Below, piece by piece: positions 1 through 10,070 of a stretch of DNA of 64,000 nt. The position numbers and the translations under genes were made by a program. Source of the DNA: the human T2T-CHM13v2.0 reference genome, Homo sapiens. The stretch lies in the NCBI RefSeq assembly GCF_009914755.1, contig NC_060932.1; one strand, 5' to 3'. Under the pieces are notes generated by a model. That model was not told the origin of the DNA. It saw nothing but the letters and a program-made list of their open reading frames with translations, and did no database searches. Position 1 is the stretch's first letter. The number at the start of each line of letters is the position of its first letter.

Positions 1-1630
1 TTATTCATTCTAACTTTATTTTTGTACCCATTAACCACCATCACTTTTCCTGCTGAATCTTATTAGATCATAAATTGTTTTCTTGATTTTGTTGGTATTA
101 TTTTGAATTCCATATCAGGCATTCCATACATTTCCTTTTCTTTGGGGCATGTTACTAGATAATTATTGTGTTCTTTTGGAGATGTTACATTTCCTTCTTT
201 TTTTTTTTGGCTTCTTGTGGCCCTATGTTTATATCTGAACTTCTGGTGAAATAGTTACTTCTCCCAACTTTATGAAGCAGCTTTCATAATGAGAGACCTT
301 TTCCTGTAAATGTGTCCTATAGTGTTGGTTAGGTAGGGTGCTTGGTTTTGTTTCTGGGTGGATGCAGTAGTGTAGTCTCTGTATGATTTCTTTGGCCATA
401 ACCAATAACAGCAGTGTCTGCAAATGCCTCAGTGGTGTAGGCTGTGGTTGCTTGTGGAGGCTATGATGTGGCTTTGTTGAGGATGAGGACACTGGGAAGG
501 TAGATCCTTCAGGTCCCTGAGAGGCATGCACAGGTGTGAAATAGCTATGCTGCTGGAAGGGATAGGGTTGTCAATGGTGGTAGTAGCAAGAACCAGGCAG
601 ACCAGACCTTGGACCTCTGGGTGCCATGCAGGTGGATAGCAGCCCCACTGTTGAGGAAGTTAGTGTTGCTGGTGGTGGCAGTAGTAAGCCCCATGTAGGC
701 TGATCTTCAGGCTCCCATGTGGTTCTGCTGCTAAAGGGACAAAGTTACCTGGCAGTGGGGCAGCAGGCCTTGCATGAGCTGGTTGTTGGGCCCTGGTGAT
801 CCCATCCCATCATTGAACAGGGCAGGGTTGCTGACAATAGTGAGCTGGCTGTGGGCAAGCCAGTTTTCACCCCTGGGTGGTTCTACTGCTGAGAGGGACA
901 GAGTTGCTGGCGGTAAGGGCAGCAGGCCCCAGGTGGGCAGCTCTCAGTCTCTGAGGAGATCACATACTGGTTCCCACTGTCTTGAGGGCAGCTTTCCTGC
1001 TGTGCTGGACCTCTTGTTCCCCAGAGTACAGGGCACTGTGTGGGCTTGGGTCCCAAGGTCATGACTGCATCACTGGTGTCAAAATACTGCAGCCCTCTGG
1101 GTAGATGTGCTATCATGTCAGTGGTGCCCCAGGGATATGGAGATGCAAGGGCTATTAGGCCCCTGGGCAGGGTGCAGTCTTGTGTTTGCTTCTCTCTCAA
1201 AATGGCACCAGGCTGCAGTAACATGTGTGTCAGTGAGTTGGGAGGACCCAGAGTAAATTTCTTCTGTGGAATAATATAGTTTTGTGGACTCCAGGCAGCT
1301 CCCTATATATTGTGTTCGGGGCCTACTAGAAAGCTATTGGGCTTTCTTATAACTAGGACTGCAGGAATCTGTAGTAAGAGTGTGGACTGCTGAGGATCTC
1401 TTCCCTGCCTTCTCCCTGAATGAGTTCTTCCAGTTAATCCTGGCAATTTGTTTGCTTTGCTCTCTATGGTCCTATCCCAAGCCTCCATGCCTCAGAGAGT
1501 CTCTGTCACTTCCTTGCTAAATTCTAGTGTTCTCTAGACACTCTATTCAACATGTGGTTATCTATTTGTTTTTTTGGTCCTTCCTTTTTAGGGAGGTTAG
1601 TGCTGAGCACCTTTAGTCAGCCATCTTGAT
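1..1630 (-). mobile_element. Old LINE-1 5' region (5'UTR and start of ORF1), antisense
   Basis: T-rich L1-antisense composition grading into a GC-richer 5'UTR-like stretch. It ends in TTTAGTCAGCCATCTTG, the reverse complement of the CAAGATGGCTGA motif typical of L1 5' ends. Confidence 0.65.
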
Positions 1631-1636
1631 ATAAGC

Positions 1637-1715
1637 ATCAAAAACATCTGTATTGAATGCCTACTACATGCCAGGTATCAAAAACATCTGTATTGAATGC
1701 CTACTACATGCCAGG
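1637..1715. repeat. Perfect tandem duplication, 40-bp period
   Basis: ATCAAAAACATCTGTATTGAATGCCTACTACATGCCAGG occurs at 1637-1675 and again at 1677-1715. Confidence 0.95.
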
Positions 1716-1771
1716 AACTGTTCTAGGAGTCAGAGACATAGCAGTAACAATCAGAAAAATGTCCCTGTCTT

Positions 1772-2094
1772 GACATGGCTGAAGCTGGAAGCCATCATCT
1801 TAAGCAAACTAACACAAGAATAAAAAACCAAATACCACGTGTTCTCACTCATAAGTGGGAGTTGAACAATCAGAACAGATGGGCACAGGGAGGGGAACAA
1901 CACACACTGGAGCCAGGAGGGGTGAGGGGTGGGTGGCAAGGGGAGGGAGAACATCAGGACAAATAGCTAATGCATGTGGGGCTTAAAGGGTTGGTAGGTA
2001 CAGCCAACCACCATGGCACATATATACCTTTGTAACAAACCTGCACATGTAACCCGAAACTTAAAGTAAAAAAATAATATTAATTAAGAAAAAG
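1772..2094 (+). mobile_element. 5'-truncated L1PA 3' end with 16-bp TSD
   Basis: L1PA 3'UTR motifs (GTTCTCACTCATAAGTGGGAG, GTAACAAACCTGCACAT) and an A-rich tail. TSD AAAATGTCCCTGTCTT lies at 1756-1771 and 2095-2110. Confidence 0.9.
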
Positions 2095-2945
2095 AAAATG
2101 TCCCTGTCTTCACAGAGCTTACATTCTAATAGAATCGTAGAGCTAGACAATGAATAATTAAATAAATAATATGTCCAAGGATGATACTTACTATAAGTAT
2201 ATATTGAGCAAGTTAAGGAAATAGAGTGGCAGTAGTAAGGCCACTTTATGTAGGTACTCAACGAGGGTTTTCTGATTAGTGGCATTTGAGAAGCAATGTG
2301 AAGTGAAGGGGAAATCAGGTATTGGGGGAAATGCCCTTCAGGAAGAAGTACATCGTGGCTGTAAATTAGGATCATGCCTTGTGGCTCCAAAGATCAACAA
2401 GGAGGCCTCTGTGATTTGAGCAAAGTAAGTCAGGCAAAGAGAGAAAGAAGATGAGGCCAGTGAGAAAGCAAGAAAAGACTGAAGGCCAAATCATGCAAAG
2501 CTAACAGGCTGTTGAAGATTTCTGCTATCACATTGAGTGTGATAGGATGACTTTTGAAGTTAATGTGATTTGACTTAAGTTTTTAAAACATCTCTTTAGC
2601 TGTTGTTTTGAAAACAGACTATAGAAAATCAAGATTGGAAGACAAAAGACCAATTACAAACCAATTAGAATAATAATCAGTGGTGGCTTGAACCAGGGCA
2701 GTAGCAGTGGGGGTATTAAGACAGAACTCAAAACTAAATGTATTTTGAAGCTAGAATAAACATGGTATCTTGACAGGGTAGCTGTCGGGGATGATAGAAG
2801 AGAGTCATGCAGGATAATTTCAAGGCTTTAGGCCAACATAATAGAAAGGGTTGAGTTGCCATTAATTGAGATGAGAAGACTGCCAATGTACCATGTTGGG
2901 GACAAGATGAAGAGTCCAATTTTAAACATTGTAAGAGGATGGAAT

Positions 2946-3471
2946 TGTCACAGAGCAAACCCCAAAATTGAGGCTCAGCCCAGGAGGCCAAGTGGGTTGT
3001 TGGCTTTGCACAGGAAAGAATTCAAGGGTGAGACAACAGAGTAAAATGAAAGCAAGTTTATTAAGAAAATAAAAGAGTAAAAGTGTGGCTACTCCATAGG
3101 CAGATTAGCCCTCATGGGTTGTTGGCTGGCCATATTTATGGTTATTTCTTGATTATATGCAAAATATGGGGTAGATTATTCATCAGTTTTCTGGGAAAGA
3201 AGCAGGGAGTGGAACTGAGGGTTCCTGCCCTTTTGGACCGTGTAACTTCCAAATGTTGCCATGGCATTTGCAAATTGCGGTGGCAATGGTAGGAGTTTCT
3301 TTTAGCAGGCTTATGCATTATAATTAGTGCATAATGAGCAGTGAGAACATTCAGAGGTAGCTTTTGTTACCATCTTGATTCTGACTGGTTTCTGCTGGCT
3401 TCTTTACATCATTTTGTTTTATCAGCAGGGTTTTTGTAAACTGTGTCTTTAGAAACAAGTTTTGCTGAACT
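2946..3471 (-). mobile_element. MER41-family solo LTR (ERV1), main part; its terminal ~9 bp (CCTGTCTCA) lie at 9805-9813 beyond the HERV-H
   Basis: The reverse complement contains MER41 blocks (CCCTGCTGATAAAACA..AAAGAAGCCAGC, CAAATGCCATGGCAACAT..GAAGTTAC, AGGAACCCTCAGTTCC) and AATAAA. Termini are TG...CA, with flanks GAAT/AAAT as a degenerate 4-bp TSD. Confidence 0.75.
3189..3197. promoter_or_regulatory. GAS (STAT-binding) motif TTCTGGGAA within the MER41-family LTR
   Basis: Exact TTCN3GAA match, at the position where MER41B-type LTRs carry their STAT1 motifs. Function is untested. Confidence 0.45.
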
Positions 3472-3884
3472 TGTCAGGCCTCTGAGCTCAAGCTAAGCCA
3501 TCATATCCCCTGTGACCTGCACGTGCACATCCAGATGGCCGGTTCGTGCCTTAACTGATGACATTCCACCACAAAAGAAATGAAAATGGCCTGTTCCTGC
3601 CTTAACTGATGACATTATCTTGTGAAATTCCTTCTCCTGGCTCATCCTGGCTCAAAAGCTCCCCTACTGAGCAACTTGTGACCCCCACTCCTTCCCACCA
3701 GAGAACAACCCCCCTTTGACTGTAATTTTCCTTTACCTACCCAAATCTTATAAAACGGCCCCACCCCTATCTCCCTTCACTGACTCTCTTTTCAGACTCA
3801 GCCCGCCTGCACCCAGGTGAAATAAACAGCCTTGTTGCTCACACAAAGCCTGTTTGGTGGTCTCTTTGCACAACGCACATGAAA
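3472..3884 (+). mobile_element. 5' LTR7 (promoter LTR)
   Basis: Starts TGTCAGGCCTCTGAGC, has the internal repeat CCTTAACTGATGACATT twice, a TATAAAA box at ~3749 and AATAAA at ~3821, and ends CATGAAA. Confidence 0.96.
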
Positions 3885-3886
3885 TT

Positions 3887-3904
3887 TGGTGCAGTGACTC
3901 AGAT
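3887..3904 (+). other. Primer binding site complementary to tRNA-His
   Basis: TGGTGCAGTGACTCAGAT versus expected TGGTGCCGTGACTCGGAT (2 mismatches), immediately after the 5' LTR. Confidence 0.92.
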
Positions 3905-4027
3905 TGGGGGACCTCCCTTGGGAGATCAATCCCCTGTCCTCCTGCTCTTTGCTCCATGAAAAAGATCCACTTACAACCTCAGGTCCTCAGACCAACCAGC
4001 CCAAGAAACCTCTCACCAATTTCAAAT

Positions 4028-4036
4028 CCGGTAAGT
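4028..4036 (+). promoter_or_regulatory. HERV-H leader major splice donor CCG|GTAAGT
   Basis: Consensus 5' splice site ~145 nt downstream of the 5' LTR, where HERV-H chimeric transcripts typically splice. Confidence 0.75.
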
Positions 4037-4554
4037 GGCCTCTTTTTACTCTCTTCTCCAACCTCCCTCACTATCCCTCAACCTCTTTCTCCTTTCAATC
4101 TTGGTGCCACACTTCAATCTCTCCCTTCTCTTAATTTCAATTCCTTTCATTTTCTGGTAGAGACAAAGGAGACACGTTTTATCTGTGGACCCAGAACTCT
4201 GGCACCGGTCACGGACTAGGGAAGGCAGCCTTCTCTTGGTGTTTAATCACTGCAGGGACGCCTCTCTGATTATTCACCTGGGTTTCAGAGGTGTCAGACC
4301 ACACAGGGACGCCTGCCTTGGTCCTTTGCCCTTAGCAGCAAGTCCCACTTTTCTGGGGGAGGGGCAAGAACCCCAACCCCTTCTCTCTGTGTCTCTACCC
4401 CTTCTCCGCTTTTCTAGAGGAGGGGCAAGAACCCCTCAACCGCTTCTCCTTCACCCTTAGCAGCAAGTCCCACTTTTCTGGGGGAGAGGCAAGAAACCCC
4501 CAACCCCTTCTCCTTCACCCTTAGCAGCAAGTACCACTTTTCTAGGAGGCAAGA

Positions 4555-4760
4555 ACCCCCGATCCCTTATTTCCACATCCCAACCTCTTATCTCTGTGCC
4601 CTGAACCCTTATTTCCATGCCCCGACCTTTTATCTCTGTGCCCCAATCCCTTATTTCTGCACCCCAACCTCTTATCTCTGCACCCCAATCCCTTATTTCT
4701 GCACCCCGACTACTTATCTCTGCACCCCAACCCCTTATTTCCATGCCCCGACCCCTTCTC
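4555..4760 (+). repeat. Degenerate ~21-bp tandem repeat in the HERV-H leader
   Basis: About 9 copies of CCCTTATYTCTGCACCCCAA-like units. The periodic GAEIRDW/LISAPQP peptides in the ORF track reflect this repeat. Confidence 0.85.
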
Positions 4761-4839
4761 TGCTTTTCTGGAGGGCAACAACCCCCCACCCCTTCTCCGT
4801 GTCTCTACTCTCTTTTCTCTGGGCTTGCCTCCTTCACTA

Positions 4840-6090
4840 TGGGCAAGTTTCCACCTTCCATTCCTCCTTCTTCTCCCTTAGCTTGTGTTCTCAAGAACTT
4901 AAAACCTCTTCAACTCACACCTGACCTAAAACCTAAATGCCTTATTTTCTTCTGCAGTGCCACTTGACCCCAATACAAACTCGACAGTGGTTCCAAACAG
5001 CCAGAAAATGGCACTTTCAATTTTTCCATCCTACAAGATCTAAATAATTCTTGTCATAAAATAGGCAAACGGTCTGAGGTGCCTGACATCCAGGCATTCT
5101 TTTACACATCAGTCCCTCCCTAGTCTCTGTTCCCAATGCAACTTGTCCCAAATCATCCGTCTTTCCCTCCAGCCTATCCCCTCAGTCCCAAACCCAAGCA
5201 TTGCTGAGTCTTTCTAATCTTCCTTTTCTATAGACCCATCTGACCTCTCCCCTCCTCTCCAGGCCGAGCCAGGTCCCAATTCTTCCTCAGCCTCTGCTCC
5301 CCCACCCTATAATCCTTTTACCACCTCCCCTCCTCACACCCAGTCCAGCTTACAGTTTCATTCCTCAAATAGCCTTCCCCCACCTGCCCAGCAATTTCCT
5401 CTTAAAAAGGTGGCTGGAGCCAAAGGCATAGTCAAGGTTAATGCTCCTTTTTCTTTAACCGACCTCTCCCAAAATCAGTTAGCGTTTAGGCTCTTTTTCA
5501 TCAAATATGGAAAACCCAGCCCAGTTCATGGCTCATTTGGCAGTAACCCTGAGATGCTTTACAGCCCTAAACCCTGAAAGGTCAGAAGGCAGTCTTATTC
5601 TCAATATGCATTTTATTTTTTTTACCCAATCTGCTCCCGACATGAAATAAAGCTCCAAAAATTAAATTCTGGCCCTCAAACCCCACAACAGGACTTAATT
5701 AACCTCTCCTTCAAGGTGTACAATAATAGAGTAGAGGCAGCCAAGTAGCAATGTATTTCTGAGTTGCAATTCCTTGCCTCCACTGTGAGACAAACCCCAG
5801 CCACATCTCCAGCACACAAGAACTCCAAACGCCTGAACCTCAGCTGCCAGGGGTTCCTCCAGAACCTCCTCCCCCAGGAGCTTGCTATAAGTGCTGGAAA
5901 TCTGGCCACTGGGCCAAGGAATGCCCACAGCCCAGGATTCCTCCTAAGCCGTGTCCCATCTGTGCAGGACCCCACTGAAAATCAGACTGTTCAACTCACC
6001 TGGCAGCCACTTCCAAAGCCCCTGGAACTCTGGCCCAAGGCTCTCTGACTGACTCCTTCCCAGATCTTCTCGGCTTAGCAGCTGAAGACT
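4840..6090 (+). pseudogene. gag: HERV-H gag remnant
   Basis: Nucleocapsid zinc knuckle CYKCWKSGHWAKEC from 5883, and a second knuckle CPICAGPH*KSDC disrupted by a stop. Multiple frameshifts; the 5' boundary is approximate. Confidence 0.8.
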
Positions 6091-6139
6091 GACACTGCCT
6101 GATCACCTCATGAAGCCTACAGGACCATCACAGACACTC

Positions 6140-8800
6140 TAGGTAACTCTCACAGTAGAGGGTAAATCTGTCCCCTTCTTAATCAATATGGAGGCTACTC
6201 ACTCCACATTACCTTATTTTCAGGGCCTGTTTCCCTTGCCTGCATAACTGTTGTAGGTATTGATGGCCAGGCTTCTAAACCTCTTAAAACTCCCCAACTC
6301 TGGTGCCAACTTAGACAATACTCTTTTATGCACTCTTTTTTAATTATCCCCACCTGCCCAGTTCCCTTATTAGGCCGAGACACTTTAACTAAATTATCTG
6401 CTTCCCTGACTATTCCTGGACTACAGCTGCATCTCATTGCCGCCCTTCTCCCCAACCCAAAGCCTCATTTGCATCTTCCTCTCGTATCCCCCAACCTTAA
6501 CCCACAAGTATAGGACATCTCTATTCCTTCTCTGGCAACCGATCATATGCCCATTACCATCCCATTAAAACCTAATCACCCTTACCCCGCTCAATGCCAA
6601 CATCCCATCCCACAGAATGCTTTAAAAGGATTAAAGCCTGTTATCACTTGCCTGCTACAGCGTGGCCTTTTAAAGCCTATAAACTCCCCTTACAATTCCC
6701 CCATTTTACCTGTCCTAAAACCAGACAAGCCTTACAGGTTAGTTCAGGATCTGCGCCTTATAAACAAAACTGTTTTTCCTATCCCCCTCCCTTGGTGCCA
6801 AACCCATATACTCTCCTATCCTCAATACCTCCCTCAACAACCCATTATTCTGTTCTGGATCTCAAACATGCTTTCTTTACTATCCCTTTGCACCCTTCAT
6901 CCCAGCCTCTCTTCGCTTTCACCTAGACTGACCCTGACACCCATCAGGCTCAGCAAATTACCTAGGCTGTACTGCCGCAAGACTTCACAGACAGCCCCCA
7001 TTACTTCAGCCAAGCCCAAATTTCATCCTCATCTGTTACCTATCTCGGCATAATTCTCATAAAAACACACGTGCTCTCCCTGCTGATCATGTCCGACTGA
7101 TCTCCCAAACCTCAATCCCTTACAAAACAATAACTCCTTTCCTTCCTAGGCATGGTTAGTGCAGTCAAAATTCTTACACAAGGACCAGGACAGCACCCTG
7201 TAGCCTTTTTATCCAAACAACTTGACCTTACTGTTTGGCCTAGCCCTCAAGTCTGCGTGTGGTGGCTGCCACTGCCCTAATACTTTTAGAGGCCCTTAAA
7301 ATCACAAACTATGCTCAACTCACTCTCTACAGTTCTCATAACTTCCAAAATCCATTTTCTTCCTCACACCTGACACATATACTTTCTGCTTCCTGGCTCC
7401 TTCAGCTGTACTCACTCTTTGTTGAGTCTCCCACATTATTCTGGATACCACACCTGACCCTCATGACTGCATCTCTCTGATCCACCTGACGTTCACCCCA
7501 TTTCCCCACATTTCCTTCTTTCATGTTCCTCACCCTGAACACACTTGGTTTATTGATGGCAGTTCCACCAGGCCTAATCGCCACTCACCAGCAAAGGCAG
7601 GCTATGCTATAGTATCTTCCACATCTATCATTGAGGCTACTTTGTGCCCGCCCTCCACTACCTCTCAGCAAGCTGAACTCATTGCCTTAAGTCAAGCCCT
7701 CACTCTTACAAAAGGACTAAACATCAACATTTATACTGACTCTAAATATGCCTTCCATATCCTGCACCACCATGCAAGAGGTTTCCTCACTACACAAGGG
7801 TCCTCTATCATTAATGCCTCTTTAATAAAAATGCTTCTCAAAGCTGCTTTGCTTCCAAAGGAAGCTAGACTCATTCACTGCAAAGGCCATCAAAGGGCAT
7901 CAGATCCCATCTCTCAGGACAATGCTTATGCTGATAAGATAGCTAAAAAAGCAGCTAGCATTCCAACTTTTGTCCCTCACTTTCAGTTTTTTCTCCTTCA
8001 CATCAGTCACTTGCACCTACTCCCCCACTGAAACTTCCACCTATCAATCTCTTCCCACACAAGGCAAATAGTTCTTAGACCAAGGAAAATATCTCCTTCC
8101 AGCCTCACAGGCCCATTCTATTCTGTCGTCATTTCATAACCTCTTCCATGTAGGTTACAAGCCGCTAGCCCGTCTCTTAGAACCTCTCATTTCCTTTCCA
8201 TCATGGAAGTCTATCTTCAAGGAGATCACTTCTCAGTGTTCTATCTGCTATTCTACTACCCCTCGGGTATTGTTCCGCCCCCCTCCCTTCCCTACACATC
8301 AAGCTCAAGGATTTGTCCCTGCCCAGGACTGGCAAATTGACTTTACTCACATGCCCCGAGTCAGAAAACTAAAATATCTCTTTGTCTGGGTAGACACTTT
8401 CACTGGATAGGTAGAGGCCTTCCTACAGGGTCCGAGAAGGCCACCACGGTCATTTCTTCCCTTCTGTTAGACATAATTCCTCAGTCTGGCCTTCCCACCT
8501 CTATACAGTCCGATAGCAGACTGGCCTTTATTAGTCAAATCAGCCAAGCATTTTTTCAGGCTCTTAGTATTCAGTGAAACTTTTATATCCCTTACAGTCC
8601 TCAGTCTTCAAGAAAGGTAAAACGGACTAATGGTCTTTTAAAAACACACCTCACCAAGCTCAGCCACCAACTTAAAAAGGACTGGACAATACTTTAACCT
8701 CTTTCTCTTCTCAGAATTCAGGCCTGTCCTCAGAATGCTACAAGGTACAGCCCATTTGAGCTCCTGTATAGACAGACGCTCCTTTTTATTAGACCCCAGT
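6140..8800 (+). pseudogene. pol: HERV-H pro-pol remnant (protease, RT, RNase H, integrase)
   Basis: Protease CPVPLLGRD; [28 protein letters not shown] and [12 protein letters not shown] with no visible YxDD block; RNase H WFIDGSS, SQQAELIAL, IYTDSKYAF, HCKGHQ; integrase HNLFH..CSIC and WQIDFTHMP. Many stops and frameshifts. Confidence 0.92.
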
Positions 8801-9389
8801 CTCATTTGACACCAGACCAACTTAGACTGTGCCCCAAAAAACTTGTCATCCCTACTATCTTCTGTCTAGTCATACTCCTATTCACCATTCTCAACTACTC
8901 AAACATGCCCTGCTCTTGTTTACACTGTTTCTCCAAGCCATCACAGCTGATATCTCCTAGTGCTATCCCCAAGCTGCCACTCTTAACTCTTAAAGTAAAT
9001 AAATAATCTTTGCTGGCAGGACTATGCTGAATCTCCTTAGGCATTAATTAAATATCCTGGGTCCTCCCAATTCTTAGACCTTTAATACCTGTTTTTCTCC
9101 TTCTCTTATTCCGTTTTTCAATTCATACAAAGCCATATCCAGGCCATCACAAATAATTCTAAATAACAAATGTTTCTTCTAGCAACCCCACAATATCACC
9201 CCTTACCACAAAATCTTCCTTCAGCTTAATCTCTCCCACTCTAGGTTCCCACCCGCCCCTGATCCCACTCGAAGCAGGCCTGAGAAACATCGCCCATGAT
9301 CTCTGCATACCACCCCCAAAAATTTTCGCCGTCCCAACACTTTACCACTATTTCATTTTATTTTTCTTATTACTATAAGAAGATAGGAA

Positions 9390-9799
9390 TGTCATGCCTC
9401 TGAGCTCAAGCTAAGCCATCATATACCCTGTGACCTGCACGTACACATCCAGATGGCCGGTTCCTGCCTTAACTGATAACATTCCACCACAAAAGAAATG
9501 AAAATGGCCTGTTCCTGCCTTAACTGATGACATTATCTTGTGAAATTCCTTCTGGCTCATCCTGGCTCAAAAGCTCCCCTACTAAGTACCTTGTTACCCC
9601 CACTCCTGCCCGCCAGAGAACAACCCCCTTTGACTGTAATTTTCCTTTACCTACCCAAACCTTATAAAATGGCCCCACCCCCATCTCCCTTTGCTGACTC
9701 TCTTTTCAGACTCAGCCCGCCTGCACCCAGGTGAAATAAACAGCCTTGTTGCTCACACAAAGCCTGTTTGGTGGTCTCTTCTCATGGACGCGCATGAAA
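9390..9799 (+). mobile_element. 3' LTR7
   Basis: Direct repeat of 3472-3884, preceded by the polypurine tract AAGAAGATAGGAA (9377-9389). Confidence 0.96.
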
Positions 9800-10070
9800 G
9801 AAATCCTGTCTCAAAATCAAAGGCAAAAGTGGTGGAGATGGCATGAGACAGGAGCATGAATAGATAATTCAGCCACAGAAATGGGAAGGAAGGCAGAATA
9901 CTTTGACCTAGGTGCTGGTTGGTAGGTAGATTTGATAAAGGAGCTTGAGAAATTCTCTATATTTAAGTAAATAAAGTTAAGAATGAGGATGGAGACAGAG
10001 ATGCAAGTTTTAGGATAGAGAAAAAGCAAGAAATAATCATTCTAGAGAGAGCAAGATAGAAGGACTAGAC

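Larger units (their letters stand above)
1637..2940 (-). mobile_element. LINE-2 fragment, interrupted by a short L1
   Basis: L2 3'-end motifs TATTGAATGCCTACTA..TGCCAGG and CCCTGTCTTCACAGAGCTTACATTCTA, followed by a purine-rich L2 body. Confidence 0.65.
3472..9799 (+). mobile_element. HERV-H provirus (LTR7-int-LTR7, 6328 bp), common internally deleted form
   Basis: Two ~410-bp direct-repeat LTRs, a tRNA-His PBS, gag/pro/pol remnants and a polypurine tract. The 5-bp TSD is GAACT (3467-3471) / GAAAT (9800-9804). Confidence 0.97.

Noticed and set aside
4457-4967. Repetitive ORFs (GAEIRDW / LISAPQP) and a spaced-repeat, CRISPR-like look
   Set aside because: These are translations of the HERV-H leader tandem repeat. 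There are no unique spacers and the context is eukaryotic.
6547-8031. HERV-H pol ORFs as a functional reverse transcriptase
   Set aside because: Frameshifts, stop codons and the absence of the YxDD catalytic block.
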